A DNA stretch of 64,000 nt from an uncultured Actinomycetes bacterium (GCA_963725665.1 CAVRZA010000011.1:512001-576000), one strand, 5' to 3'. Shown: positions 9,757-21,890, counted from the first letter of the stretch. The notes: generated from the letters alone by a model not told the origin. Program-made: numbers and translations.

Positions 9757-9896
9757 GGAACCCAGTATACGACGAACACCTTGCCTCAACACTACTTGTG
9801 CCCCCTGCCCCGAGGTGGGTAATCAGGCCCGCCGCGACCGAGCCCGCGAGGCCTTCGAGGAGGCGCGCGGGCGCCGTCCGGCTAGGACTTCGAGGG

Positions 9897-9943
9897 GGCG
9901 CGGCGGGCGCCCTCGAGCGGGTCTCGAGGGCGCCCGCCGCGCC
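9897..9943. repeat. Perfect 21-bp inverted repeat with a 5-nt loop
   Basis: GGCGCGGCGGGCGCCCTCGAG-CGGGT-CTCGAGGGCGCCCGCCGCGCC. Confidence 0.9.
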
Positions 9944-9945
9944 TG

Positions 9946-9974
9946 TTGACAGGCTGCTCACCCGTGCCTAGACT
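9946..9974 (+). promoter_or_regulatory. Sigma70-type promoter of tRNA-Ile
   Basis: TTGACA (9946-9951), 17-nt spacer, TAGACT (9969-9974). Confidence 0.8.
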
Positions 9975-9986
9975 CCTCTGTCTGCC

Positions 9987-10063
9987 GGGCGCATAGCTCA
10001 GTCGGTTAGAGCGCGTCTCTGATAAGGACGAGGCCCCTGGTTCGAATCCAGGTGCGCCCACCA
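9987..10063 (+). tRNA. tRNA-Ile (GAT)
   Basis: GGGCGCA/TGCGCCC acceptor stem, D arm TAGCTCAGTCGGTTAGAGC, anticodon arm CGTCT-CTGATAA-GGACG, T loop TTCGAAT and encoded CCA. Confidence 0.97.
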
Positions 10064-10200
10064 TTCGTTTGCGAGGGTTCTTCTCCCAGCGCCGCCCTCG
10101 CCACCTTCTTGCTGCGAGCATCCCGCGTCCCGATCCGGGGAGCACGCGACAACGGCGACAGCCCGGCAGCGTCGAACGTATCGAGCGAAGGGGGTCTTTC

Positions 10201-11370
10201 GTGAGCGACGACATGAAGGACATCGTGGGAGAGGTGAGGCGCGGGCGCATGACGCGGCGCCAGTTCATGGTGCGTGCGGCGGCCGCCGGCCTCTCGGTCG
10301 GCGCGGCCGCCGCCCTCCTCGAGGCGTGCGGCGGGAGCTCGACGAGCCCCTCGGCTTCCCCCTCGGCGCTGGACACGACAAAGCCGGAGAACCTCCACCT
10401 TTACAACTGGCAGAACGAGATCGCCCCCAAGAACAAGACCAACTTCGAGCAGGAGACGGGCGTCAAGATCGTCGAGACCTACTACGACGACAACGAGATG
10501 CTGATCGCCAAGCTCAAGGGGGGCGCCAAGGGCTACGATCTCATCGTACCCTCCGGCTACGCCGTAAGCATCCTCGCCAAGTCGGGCCTGCTCGAGCCGC
10601 TCGACATGTCACTCATCCCGGGCTTCACCAACCTGAACGCCAAGTTCCAGAAGCCGGCGTACGATCCCGGCACGGACGGCACCAAGTACAGCGTGCCCTG
10701 GCTGTGGGGGACGGCAGGCATCGCCATGCGCACCGACAAGCTGACGGGCGATGGCGGCATCGTCGACATGAAGGAGCCGTCCTGGGGGGTCTTGTGGGAA
10801 GAGCGCTACAAGGGCCAGATCGACATGCTGAACGACGAGCGCGAGACGATCGGCGCGGCGCTTAAGCTCTTGGGCTACTCGCTCAATTCGACCGATCAGG
10901 CCCAGCTCGATCAGGCGACGCAGAAGCTGATCGATCAGAAGCCCCTGGTGCGCGCCTACGACTCGCTGAACATGAAACGCAACATCGTCGCCGGCGTGCC
11001 GCTCGTGCACACCTGGAACGGCGACGCCAGTCTGGCGGCCGATGCTCTGGGCGCGGACAAGGTCTTCTACGGGCTTCCCACGGAGGGCTACACCATCTGG
11101 GTCGACAACCTGGCCATACCGGTCGGCGCCCCAAGCCCGTATTGGGCGCACAAGTTCATCGACTTCATGTGCCAGCCGCAGAACGCGGCCGACCTCGTGA
11201 ACTACGTACAGTATCTCTCGCCCAACGACGCCGCGACGCCCTACGTCGACAAGGCGATCATCGCCGACACGCCGAAGGGGGAGGTACTCGCGCGCGGTGA
11301 GTTTCAGGACGACCTGGGCGCCTTCGAGACGCAGTGGGGGCAGGCGTGGCAGCAGGTGAAGAGCGCCTGA
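10201..11370 (+). CDS. Spermidine/putrescine-type ABC substrate-binding protein (PotD/PotF family), Tat lipoprotein
   Basis: TRRQF twin-arginine signal with LEAC lipobox; LYNW, YDLIVPS, YSVPW and WVDNLAIP motifs. Start is GTG 10201 or ATG 10213. Confidence 0.88.
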   Translation: MSDDMKDIVGEVRRGRMTRRQFMVRAAAAGLSVGAAAALLEACGGSSTSPSASPSALDTTKPENLHLYNWQNEIAPKNKTNFEQETGVKIVETYYDDNEMLIAKLKGGAKGYDLIVPSGYAVSILAKSGLLEPLDMSLIPGFTNLNAKFQKPAYDPGTDGTKYSVPWLWGTAGIAMRTDKLTGDGGIVDMKEPSWGVLWEERYKGQIDMLNDERETIGAALKLLGYSLNSTDQAQLDQATQKLIDQKPLVRAYDSLNMKRNIVAGVPLVHTWNGDASLAADALGADKVFYGLPTEGYTIWVDNLAIPVGAPSPYWAHKFIDFMCQPQNAADLVNYVQYLSPNDAATPYVDKAIIADTPKGEVLARGEFQDDLGAFETQWGQAWQQVKSA

Positions 11371-11405
11371 CGACTCTCGGGGGCGAAGTGCGACCGACGC
11401 ATCTG

Positions 11406-11438
11406 TGACTCCGCTTCGTCTGAAACGAAGGGGAGTCA
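11406..11438 (+). terminator. Stem-loop after the first PotD-like gene
   Basis: TGACTCC-G-CTTCGT-ctgaa-ACGAAG-G-GGAGTCA; no U-tract. Confidence 0.5.
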
Positions 11439-11564
11439 GCAGCGACCGGCGCCTCGGCGCTACGATGCGGAGCAGCGGAGATTGCTGCATAATACTCTTA
11501 GGAGGCGTGGGGTGCGTCTGGGACGTCGTCTCCAAGATCGGTACCTTGTAAAGGGGGTCACCGC

Positions 11565-12758
11565 ATGAACGACAGAGACCTCGAAGGCCTCATTCAAGAA
11601 GTCAGATACGGGCGCATCAGCCGCCGGCAGTTCATGGAGCGGGCGCTGGTGATGGGGCTGACGGTGAGCGGGGTCGCGACCGTGCTTGCCGCTTGCGGCT
11701 CGGGCACGACCTCCTCGTCGACCACCGCGGCCAGCCCGACGCTGCCGCCGATGGGAGAGGGCGGCGACACGTTGCACCTCTACAACTGGTCCGACTACAT
11801 GGACCCGGCGACGAAGACGAAGTTCACCAAGGCCACCGGCATCAAGGTCACCGAGACGTTCTTCGACGACAACGAGGCTCTGCGCTCCAAGCTCCAGGCT
11901 GGAGCCAGGGGCTACGACGTCATCGTGCCCTCGGACTACATGGTGCACATCCTGCTGAAGTCGCAGCTCCTTGAGCCGCTCGACATGACGGCCATCCCCA
12001 ACTTCGCCAACGTGGGCGAGAAGTTCCTGAAGCCGGTCTTCGACAACCCCGACGAGAACGGCGGCGCCAAGTACAGCGTCCCCTATCAGTGGGGCCAGAC
12101 GGGCGTGTCGCAGCGCCTCGACAAGATCCCGACGGAGATCACCAAGTGGGCCGACCTCTGGAATCCGGTGTACAAGAACCAGATCTACATGCTCAACGAC
12201 GAACGCGAGACGATGGGTGTCGGCCTGATGAAGATCACCCAGGACCCGAAGAGCATCAACTCGACCGACCAGGCGACCATCGACAAGGCGGTGCAGGAGC
12301 TCATCACGCAGAAGGCGCTCATCCGCGGCTACGACTCCGTGAACATGAAGCGCAACATCGTCGCCGGCACGCCGCTCATCCACTGCTGGAACGGCGACAT
12401 CATCCTGGCCTTGAACAGCGGCCTCGACCCGAAGAAGGTCACCCTGATAGCCTGCGAAGAGGGCATCCCGCTGTTCGTAGACAACCTTGCCATACCGGTC
12501 GGGGCGCCCAACCGCAAGGCCGCGCACATGTTCCTGAACTTCATCCTCGACCTGAAGGTGGGCGCCGCGAACACGGCCTGGGTCGGCTACTACTCGCCGC
12601 TGCCGGAGGCGGTACCGCTTGTCGACAAGATCGACCCCAACGTGATGCGCTACGTCCCCGATCAGCAGCTGGTCAACGACAAGGGCGCGTTCTACGAGGA
12701 CCTGGGTGCGTTCGCCGAGATCTACACCAGCGCCTGGACCAAGGTGAAGAGCGCGTAG
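11565..12758 (+). CDS. Second PotD/PotF-family substrate-binding protein, Tat lipoprotein
   Basis: SRRQF with LAAC lipobox; LYNWSDY, YDVIVPSDY and VDNLAIP; clear paralog of the preceding gene. Confidence 0.88.
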   Translation: MNDRDLEGLIQEVRYGRISRRQFMERALVMGLTVSGVATVLAACGSGTTSSSTTAASPTLPPMGEGGDTLHLYNWSDYMDPATKTKFTKATGIKVTETFFDDNEALRSKLQAGARGYDVIVPSDYMVHILLKSQLLEPLDMTAIPNFANVGEKFLKPVFDNPDENGGAKYSVPYQWGQTGVSQRLDKIPTEITKWADLWNPVYKNQIYMLNDERETMGVGLMKITQDPKSINSTDQATIDKAVQELITQKALIRGYDSVNMKRNIVAGTPLIHCWNGDIILALNSGLDPKKVTLIACEEGIPLFVDNLAIPVGAPNRKAAHMFLNFILDLKVGAANTAWVGYYSPLPEAVPLVDKIDPNVMRYVPDQQLVNDKGAFYEDLGAFAEIYTSAWTKVKSA

Positions 12759-12783
12759 GGCCGTTCCTCCAGATCTGGCGTTG

Positions 12784-12820
12784 TGCGACGGGCGAGCCGT
12801 GAGGCTCGCCCGTCGCATTC
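12784..12820 (+). terminator. Terminator-like hairpin
   Basis: Perfect 15-bp stem TGCGACGGGCGAGCC-GTGA-GGCTCGCCCGTCGCA with a GNRA loop, 26 nt after the stop. Confidence 0.7.
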
Positions 12821-12960
12821 CCGGTCGTGCGGTCGGCGGCGCCGCGCGGCGCGCCGTGGTGCCGGCAGCGCTCGGCCCGTCGCGCGTCGCGTTGCCGCCA
12901 CGTGAGCGACCGTGGTAAAGTTCCGCCGGCCGAGGAAGAGATGAGGCACGCTCGGACGAA

Positions 12961-13048
12961 GGCCGCGCGAGAGCCGGGTAGACGAGACCGGCGCCGAAGG
13001 GGCAAGGCGCTATGGGCGCTGAAACTCTCAGGCCAACGGATCGCGGCC
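12961..13048 (+). ncRNA. Glycine riboswitch (single aptamer)
   Basis: Conserved elements GAGA...CGCCGAAGGGGCAA...GAAACTCTCAGG closed by GGCCGCG/CGCGGCC, directly upstream of gcvH. Confidence 0.92.
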
Positions 13049-13110
13049 GGACGAGACCCTGGACCGGGGCTCCGGCTCGAAGATGGCCGGGACCAGAGGC
13101 GAGACAGGGA

Positions 13111-13144
13111 CGGCGCCAGCGGGCGACGCCCTGTCTCTTTCTTT
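13111..13144 (+). terminator. Riboswitch expression-platform terminator
   Basis: GAGACAGGG...CCCTGTCTC followed by TTTCTTT, between the aptamer and gcvH. Confidence 0.75.
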
Positions 13145-13201
13145 GCTCCGGCAGCGCATGTGGTTGCAGGCACCGGCCCGCGAGGACGACTGGAGGAGCC
13201 C

Positions 13202-13594
13202 ATGACCGACGAGAGCTATCCGGGTGAGCTGAAGTACTACAAGGAGCACGACTGGGTTCGTGTCGAAGACGACGAAGCCGTCTTCGGCATCAGCTGGTTC
13301 GCACAGGACGCCCTCGGCGAGATCGTCTACGTGTCGCTGCCCGAGGCGGGTGATGCGGTGCACGAGGGCGCGAAGTACGGGGAGCTCGAGTCTGTGAAGG
13401 CCGTCTCGGACATCTTCGCCCCCCTCGGCGGCGAGGTGGTCGCCGTCAACGACCGGCTCAACGACGAGCCCGGTATCATCAACGAGGATCCCTACGGCGA
13501 GGGCTGGATCGCGAGGGTGCGCATGAGCGACCGCTCCCAGCTCGACGGCCTCATGGACGCCGACGCCTACAGGCGGTTCCTGACGGAAGCCTGA
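13202..13594 (+). CDS. gcvH: Glycine cleavage system H protein
   Basis: KEHDWV, GISWFAQDALGEIVYV, ESVKAVSD lipoyl-lysine motif and NEDPYGEGW. Confidence 0.96.
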   Translation: MTDESYPGELKYYKEHDWVRVEDDEAVFGISWFAQDALGEIVYVSLPEAGDAVHEGAKYGELESVKAVSDIFAPLGGEVVAVNDRLNDEPGIINEDPYGEGWIARVRMSDRSQLDGLMDADAYRRFLTEA

Positions 13595-13647
13595 CCGGCG
13601 CAAGGCGCTCTGCCGGCGCGACGGTCACGACGAGGAGGAGGCCAGCG

Positions 13648-15045
13648 ACGGACTACGTTCCGCACTCCGATGAGGACCTGCAGGCGATGCTCGCCGCGGT
13701 CGGCGTCTCGTCGATCGACGAGCTCTTCGCCGACATCCCCGAGGAGGTCCGCCTGCGTAACGGCCTCGACCTGCCTCCCGCTCTCGCCGAGGCGGAGCTC
13801 GAGGCCGCGCTCGAGGAGCTCGCGAGCAAGAACACGCCGGCGACGAGGTCGATCTCGTTCCTCGGCGCCGGCGCGTACGACCATTACGTGCCGGCCGTCG
13901 TCGACGCGATCACCGGCCGCTCCGAGTTCTACACCGCCTACACGCCCTATCAGCCGGAACGCAGCCAGGGCGTGCTGCAGGCGATCTTCGAGTACCAGAC
14001 GGCCGTCTGCGAGCTCACCGCGCTCGAGGTGAGCAACGCATCGCTCTACGACGGGGCGACGGCGCTGGCCGAGGCGGCCTTCATGGCGCACGCGGAGACG
14101 CGGCGCGCGAAGGTCGTCGTCTCGGGGACTCTGCATCCCGAGTACCGGCAGGTGCTCGTCACCGAGACGCGCGGGCTCGGTCTCGAGATCGTCGAGGTCG
14201 GGCGCGACGGCGGCGGGCTGACCGACACGGCCGCGCTGCGCGCGGCCGTCGACGAGCAGACCGCCGCCGTCGCGCTCCAGCAGCCCAACTTCTTCGGCGG
14301 CCTCGAGGACATGGCGGCCGCCGCCCAGCTCGCTCACGACGCCGGCGCCCTCTTCGTCGCCGTCGTCGATCCCCTCTCGCTCGGTGTGCTCGCGCCGCCG
14401 GGCGAGTACGGCGCCGACGTCGCCGTGGGTGAGGGTCAGGCGATGGGCAACTACCTCAACTTCGGGGGCCCTTACCTGGGCTTCATGGGCGCGCGCGAGA
14501 AGCTGCTGCGGCGCATGCCGGGGCGCATCGTGGGCGAGACCGTCGACATAGAAGGCAGGCGCGGCTTCGTGCTCACGCTGCAGACGCGCGAGCAGCACAT
14601 CCGCCGCGAACGCGCGACCTCGAACATCTGCTCCAACCAGGCGCTCAACGCGCTCGGGGCCCTCGTCTACCTCTCCTGGCTCGGCAAGGCCGGGCTGCCG
14701 GAGCTGGGCGAGCTCTGCGCGCGCAAGGCCGACTACCTGCGCGGCCGGCTGCTCGAGCTGCCCGGCGTCGAGGCGTTCACCACGGGTCCCGTCTTGCGTG
14801 AGTTCGCAGTGACCCTGCCGAGGCCGGCCTCCGAGGTCATCAGCGCGCTCGCTCCCGCGGGCTTTCTCGCCGGGGTCTCGGTCGGACGTTGGTGGCCGGA
14901 GCTCGAGCGGGTGTTGCTGGTGGCCGTCACCGAGCGACGCACGCGCCAGCAGATGGATGCGTTCGCCGACGCGCTCGGTCGGCTGCTCGCGCCGCCCGCC
15001 GCGGCGGGTGCGTCCGCCGACACGGAGGAGGTGTCCCGTGGCTGA
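13648..15045 (+). CDS. gcvPA: Glycine dehydrogenase (decarboxylating) subunit alpha
   Basis: FLGAGAYDH, EFYTAYTPYQPERSQG, NASLYDG and TLQTREQHIRRERATSNICSNQ. The conserved N-terminus xDYVPH begins at ACG 13648; the first ATG is at 13687. Confidence 0.95.
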   Translation, partial: TDYVPHSDEDLQAMLAAVGVSSIDELFADIPEEVRLRNGLDLPPALAEAELEAALEELASKNTPATRSISFLGAGAYDHYVPAVVDAITGRSEFYTAYTPYQPERSQGVLQAIFEYQTAVCELTALEVSNASLYDGATALAEAAFMAHAETRRAKVVVSGTLHPEYRQVLVTETRGLGLEIVEVGRDGGGLTDTAALRAAVDEQTAAVALQQPNFFGGLEDMAAAAQLAHDAGALFVAVVDPLSLGVLAPPGEYGADVAVGEGQAMGNYLNFGGPYLGFMGAREKLLRRMPGRIVGETVDIEGRRGFVLTLQTREQHIRRERATSNICSNQALNALGALVYLSWLGKAGLPELGELCARKADYLRGRLLELPGVEAFTTGPVLREFAVTLPRPASEVISALAPAGFLAGVSVGRWWPELERVLLVAVTERRTRQQMDAFADALGRLLAPPAAAGASADTEEVSRG

Positions 15046-16542
15046 CACGATCTACGAGATGTCGTGCTGCGGCAGGCGGGCCTCGGCGCTGCCGGCGCTC
15101 GACGTGCCGGCGCGGCCGCTCGACGAGCTCGTCCCTGTGTCCCTGCGCCGGAAGGCCCCGGCCCGCCTGCCCGAAGTGTCGGAGATCGATCTCGTGCGCC
15201 ACTTCACCGAGCTCTCGCGGCGCGACTACGGGGTCGATGAGGGCACCTATCCCCTGGGCTCCTGCACGATGAAGTACAACCCCAAGGTCAACGAACGCGT
15301 GGCGGCGTTCGAGGGCCTGCGCGGGCTGCACCCCTACGAACCGGATGAGCTCGTGCAGGGTGCGCTGCAGCTCCTCTATGAGCTGGGCGGGTTCCTCGCC
15401 GAGATCGCCGGTCTGCACGAGACGACCCTGCAGCCGGCGGCTGGAGCCCACGGCGAGCTCACCGGTCTGCTCCTCGCGAAGGCCTACCACGACGCGCGCG
15501 GCGACGATCCCAAGAAGGTCATCATCCCCGACACCGCGCACGGGACGAACCCGGCCTCGGTGACGATGGTCGGCTACGAGGTCGTGGCGGTGAGAAGCGA
15601 CGACCGCGGCGGCATCGACCTCGACGATCTGCGCGCCAAGGCCGCGCCCGGAGAGCTCGCCTGCCTGATGGTGACCAACCCGAACACGCTGGGGCTCTTC
15701 GACGAGCACATCGTCGACATCGCGCGCATCGTCCACGAGGCCGGGGGGCTGCTCTACTACGACGGCGCCAACGCCAATGCCGTCCTCGGGCGCTCGCGCC
15801 CCGGCGACATGGGTTTCGACATCGTCCACTTCAACACGCACAAGACGTTCTCCACGCCGCACGGCGGCGGGGGTCCCGGCGCGGGGCCGATCGTGGTGCG
15901 CGACACGCTCGCTCCGTTCCTGCCTGTTCCCGTCGTCGTGCGCGAGGGCGAAGGCGACGCGGCGCGCTACCGACTGGACTACGAACGGCCGCGGTCGATC
16001 GGCAAGGTGCGGTCGTTCTACGGCAGCTTCGGCGTGCTCGTGCGCGCCTACGCCTACATACGCGGTCTGGGACCGGAGGGACTCAAGCGTGTGAGCGACG
16101 CGGCGGTGCTCAACGCCAACTACGTGCTCGAGGGCATCCGCGACCTGTTCGAGGTGCCCTACGACCGCCGCTGCATGCACGAGTTCGTCGTCTCCGGCGT
16201 GCCCCTCAAGGAGCACGACGTAAAGACGCTCGACTTCGCCAAGCGGCTCCTCGACTACGGGGTGCACCCCCCGACCGTGTACTTCCCGCTCATCGTGCGC
16301 GAAGCGCTCATGGTCGAGCCCACCGACACCGAGTCGAGGCCGGCCCTCGACGCGTTGATCGAGAAGATGCGCCTGGTCGTCGAGGAGGCGAGCACCGACG
16401 CGTCGCTGCTCACCGAAGCGCCGGTGACGATGCCCGTGCGCCGACTCGACGAGGTGCGGGCGGCGCGCCAGCCTGTGGTGCGGCAGCGGTTTGCGGACGA
16501 CGGGACCGCGGCGGCCGGCGCGGGCGACGAGGCGGTCCGGCC

Positions 16543-16546
<4 letters not shown>
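15038..16546 (+). CDS. gcvPB: Glycine dehydrogenase (decarboxylating) subunit beta
   Basis: YPLGSCTMKYNPK, AHGTNPAS, YYDGAN and HFNTHKTFSTPHGGGGPG (PLP Lys); GTG 15038 overlaps the gcvPA stop. Confidence 0.96.
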
Positions 16547-18707
<2,161 letters not shown>

Positions 18708-18711
<4 letters not shown>

Positions 18712-19637
18712 GCGATCACTCGGCGGCGTTGCCTTCGCCCGCGATGTCCCCGTCGGAGGCGCCCTCGCCACGCAAGCCCACGTGGCTGAAGCGCTCGCTG
18801 CCGCAGGCGCCCGCCTACCGAGCCACGGCGGCTCTTCTCGAGGACCTGGAGCTGCGCACGGTCTGTCAGGAGGCGCGCTGCCCCAACAAGGGCGAGTGCT
18901 TCTCGTCGGGCACGGCCACCTTCCTCATCCTTGGCGACCGCTGCACGCGCGACTGTCGCTTCTGTTCGGTCGCGCACGGCGACGCGGCGCCGGTCGACGA
19001 AGAGGAGCCGCGCCGCGTCGCCGAAGCTGCACGACGGCTCGGTCTGCGCCACGTGGTCGTCACCAGCGTGACCCGCGACGACCTGCCCGACGGCGGGGCG
19101 GGACAGTTCGCGGCCACCATTGAGGCGCTGCGCGCGGAGGTACCTGAGGCCACGATCGAGGTGCTGGTGCCCGACTTCGGCGGCGAGGACGCGGCCCTCG
19201 GCCGCGTCCTCGCCGCCCATCCGGATGTGCTTAACCACAACCTCGAGACGGTGCCGCGCCTCTATCCTGTCGTGCGGCCGGGAGCCGACTACGAGCGGTC
19301 GCTGGCTCTGCTGCGCACGGCTGCCGAATCGCGCACGGGGTTCCCCACGCCCGCATGCAACGGCACCGACCGGCCCGTCATCAAGACCGGTCTCATGGTC
19401 GGCCTCGGCGAACGCATCGAGGAGGTCCACGCGGTGCTGCGCGACTGCGCCGCCGCCGGGGTCGACGTGGTGACCGTGGGACAGTACCTACGGCCGGCCC
19501 GCGACCGTCTACCGGTCGAGCGCTACTGGACGCCGGAGGAGTTCGCCGAGCTCGAGCAGGTGGGCGCGGCGATGAGGCTGCGCCTCATCGCCGCGCCCTT
19601 CGTGCGCTCCTCATACCGCGCCGGCGAGCTGCTCTGA
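18708..19637 (+). CDS. lipA: Lipoyl synthase
   Basis: [26 protein letters not shown] and C-terminal VRSSY. Confidence 0.95.
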
Positions 19638-19658
19638 CCGGGGCGGGGCTAGCCGCAT

Positions 19659-20789
19659 CTACTTGACTGCGTAGAGGTAACCGTCATCACTGCCGACGTA
19701 GACCACTCCGTGCGAGACGGCCGGGGAGGAGCCAACCGAACCCCCTGTCTTCAACTCCCATCTCTCCTGGCCCGTGTTGATGTCCAGCGCGTAGAGATGG
19801 CCGTCATCACTGCCGACGTAGACGACTCCGCCCGAGACCGCTGGGGAGGATGACGCGCCGGCAACGCCCGGGCTAGACGTCCATAGCTCCTTTCCGCTCT
19901 GAGCGTCCACCGCGTGAAGGCAGCCGTCATCACCGCCGCAGTAGACCACCCCGCCCGAGACCGCAGGGGAGGAGACAACGACATAGCCCGTTCCGAAATG
20001 CCATTTCAGGTGCCCGCTCTGCGTGTCCACCGCGTGCACACCGTTCATGAAGCCGGTCACGCGGGTGTAGACCACCCCGTGCGAGACGGCCGGTGTGGCA
20101 CGCGCTATAGCGCCCAAGCCGAACCGCCAGTTCTTCTGCCCGGTCTTGCCGTCGAGCGCGAACAGGTAGCCCCGGCCGAAGTAGACCACACCGCCGGAGA
20201 CGGCCGGGGAGGGGGAGTAGATCCCACTCTCTGTATAGAACTTCCACCTCACCTGGCCGCTCCGGCTGTCCAGCGCGTAGAGGTAGCCGCCGTTGCCGGC
20301 GACGTAGACCATCCCATTTGCGACGGCCGGGGAGGAGTGAGCCGGACCGCCCGTCTTGGACTCCCATCTCTGCTGGCCGCTCTGGATGTTCAGCGCGTAG
20401 AGACGGCCGTCGCTACTGCGGCAATAGACCCCTCCGCCGACGACGGCCGGGGAGGAGACGATCTTCCCGCCGGTCTTGAATCTCCATCTCTGCTGGCCGC
20501 TCTGGATGTCCACCGCGTAGAGACTGCCGTCGTCACTGCCGACGTAGATCACCCCGCCCGCGACCGCCGGGGAGGAGCGAACCGGACCGCCGGTCTTGAA
20601 CTTCCAGACAAGCCGGTTTGGCTGGCTGGGTCCACCACTCGCGCTACTGCTGGGCGTCACCGACGGCGAGCTCGTCGCCGTGCTGCCCTTGCCGCCGCAG
20701 GCGGCAAGGGCGAGCGCCGCGAGCACGACGAATGACGCGAGCACGACGGTGATGGATGCGCGTAGTCTCGATGCCCCTAGCCCCTTCAT
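19659..20789 (-). CDS. PQQ-type beta-propeller repeat lipoprotein (BamB-like)
   Basis: LAAC lipobox and about 8 repeats of W-x-F-K-T-G-G...SSPAV..G.VYVGSDDG.LYA. Confidence 0.9.
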   Translation of the reverse strand: MKGLGASRLRASITVVLASFVVLAALALAACGGKGSTATSSPSVTPSSSASGGPSQPNRLVWKFKTGGPVRSSPAVAGGVIYVGSDDGSLYAVDIQSGQQRWRFKTGGKIVSSPAVVGGGVYCRSSDGRLYALNIQSGQQRWESKTGGPAHSSPAVANGMVYVAGNGGYLYALDSRSGQVRWKFYTESGIYSPSPAVSGGVVYFGRGYLFALDGKTGQKNWRFGLGAIARATPAVSHGVVYTRVTGFMNGVHAVDTQSGHLKWHFGTGYVVVSSPAVSGGVVYCGGDDGCLHAVDAQSGKELWTSSPGVAGASSSPAVSGGVVYVGSDDGHLYALDINTGQERWELKTGGSVGSSPAVSHGVVYVGSDDGYLYAVK

Positions 20790-20838
20790 GACCTGCCCCC
20801 TTCTCCTGCCCTCGGCCCGCCCGCTGCGCCGTAGCGCC

Positions 20839-21840
20839 TCAGTACTTTGTCCTGACGTGATCGCTGTAGATGGTCTCGCGGGCGATCTTGCCCTCGCGGA
20901 TCTCGAGGATCGTGACGCCGCGGATGGTCGGGCGCCTGCCCCACTTGGTGTACTTGTCGGGGAGGCCCACCGGCGGCTTGCCGCCCTCTCGGTCGGTGCG
21001 CTTCCACATCACGGCAGCCCAGCCGGGGCCGGCCGCCATGCCCATCGTCCGGAAGCGCAGGCCCTTAAGCCTGAACATCTCGGCGTGCGCGGCGACTGCC
21101 GCCTGCGGTCCCACGTAGCGCCGGTCGCGCGCCGTGTCCTGGTAGACCACGTCGCCGGCGTAGAGAGGGGCGAGCCGCGCCGGGGCGAGCACTCGCAAAG
21201 CGGACATGTAGGCGACGGCCAGCGCCCGACTCGCCGCCTGCGTGTCGGCTGGCGCTGGTGGCGTCTTCAGCGGCTCCGGCGGAAACTTGGGATACTCAGG
21301 GGCCGCATCGTTGTAGTAGATGTAGTCCGAGACGATCTTGCCGTCGTGCACCCCAAGGACGTCCGCGCCATAGGCAGCGCCGTTGACCTCCTCCTCGACG
21401 ACGACGGCGTCGCTGCCGATGAGCACCGAGCGCGGCGTGCTCGTGAGCGGCCCGAGGACGAACCAATAGTTGAAGTACTCGGAGATGGCCTTGGTGCCGA
21501 CCCTGAGGTCGCCGATGGCGCGGTCCTCGAAGTGGGCGCGCTTGGCGAACAGCCCGACCAGACTCCGGAACCCACTGCTGGTCCCGGCCGTGGGGAGCGC
21601 GTCGGCGTAGGCGGCGGCCACCTGCGCCGTGGTCGTCGGGACGGCGACCGGAGAGGCGACTCCCCCTGTCGTTCCTGCCGACGGCACCACTGGAGAGGGT
21701 GTGGACTTCGGCGTGGCAACGGTCGTTACGCTCGCGGCGCCGCCGCAGGCGGCCAGCACTCTCATCATCAGTAACGTCAGCGCGGCGATCGCCAAGCCCG
21801 ACGACAGCCCCGTCCCGCATCTGTGTTCGCGGATCCTCAC
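20839..21840 (-). CDS. Lipoprotein with two SnoaL/NTF2-like domains
   Basis: GTG 21840 with GGAGG RBS; LAAC lipobox; two domains ending GVHDGKIVSDYIY and LEIREGKIARETIY. Confidence 0.75.
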   Translation of the reverse strand: MRIREHRCGTGLSSGLAIAALTLLMMRVLAACGGAASVTTVATPKSTPSPVVPSAGTTGGVASPVAVPTTTAQVAAAYADALPTAGTSSGFRSLVGLFAKRAHFEDRAIGDLRVGTKAISEYFNYWFVLGPLTSTPRSVLIGSDAVVVEEEVNGAAYGADVLGVHDGKIVSDYIYYNDAAPEYPKFPPEPLKTPPAPADTQAASRALAVAYMSALRVLAPARLAPLYAGDVVYQDTARDRRYVGPQAAVAAHAEMFRLKGLRFRTMGMAAGPGWAAVMWKRTDREGGKPPVGLPDKYTKWGRRPTIRGVTILEIREGKIARETIYSDHVRTKY

Positions 21841-21890
21841 GACGTCCTCCAGTCTCAATCGGGTCGGTAGGGCCGCAGCGACTCGGCGAT
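21785..21890. repeat. 106-bp exact direct repeat, copy 1
   Basis: Identical by eye to 22972-23077 (GCGATCGCCAAGCCCG...GACTCGGCGAT). Confidence 0.92.

Noticed and set aside
9987-12758. Possible island integrated at tRNA-Ile
   Set aside because: No integrase, no duplicated tRNA 3' end and no compositional shift seen.
19659-20600. Regular ~120-bp DNA repeats resembling an array
   Set aside because: They are in-frame coding repeats of beta-propeller blades with degenerate copies, not CRISPR repeats with unique spacers.
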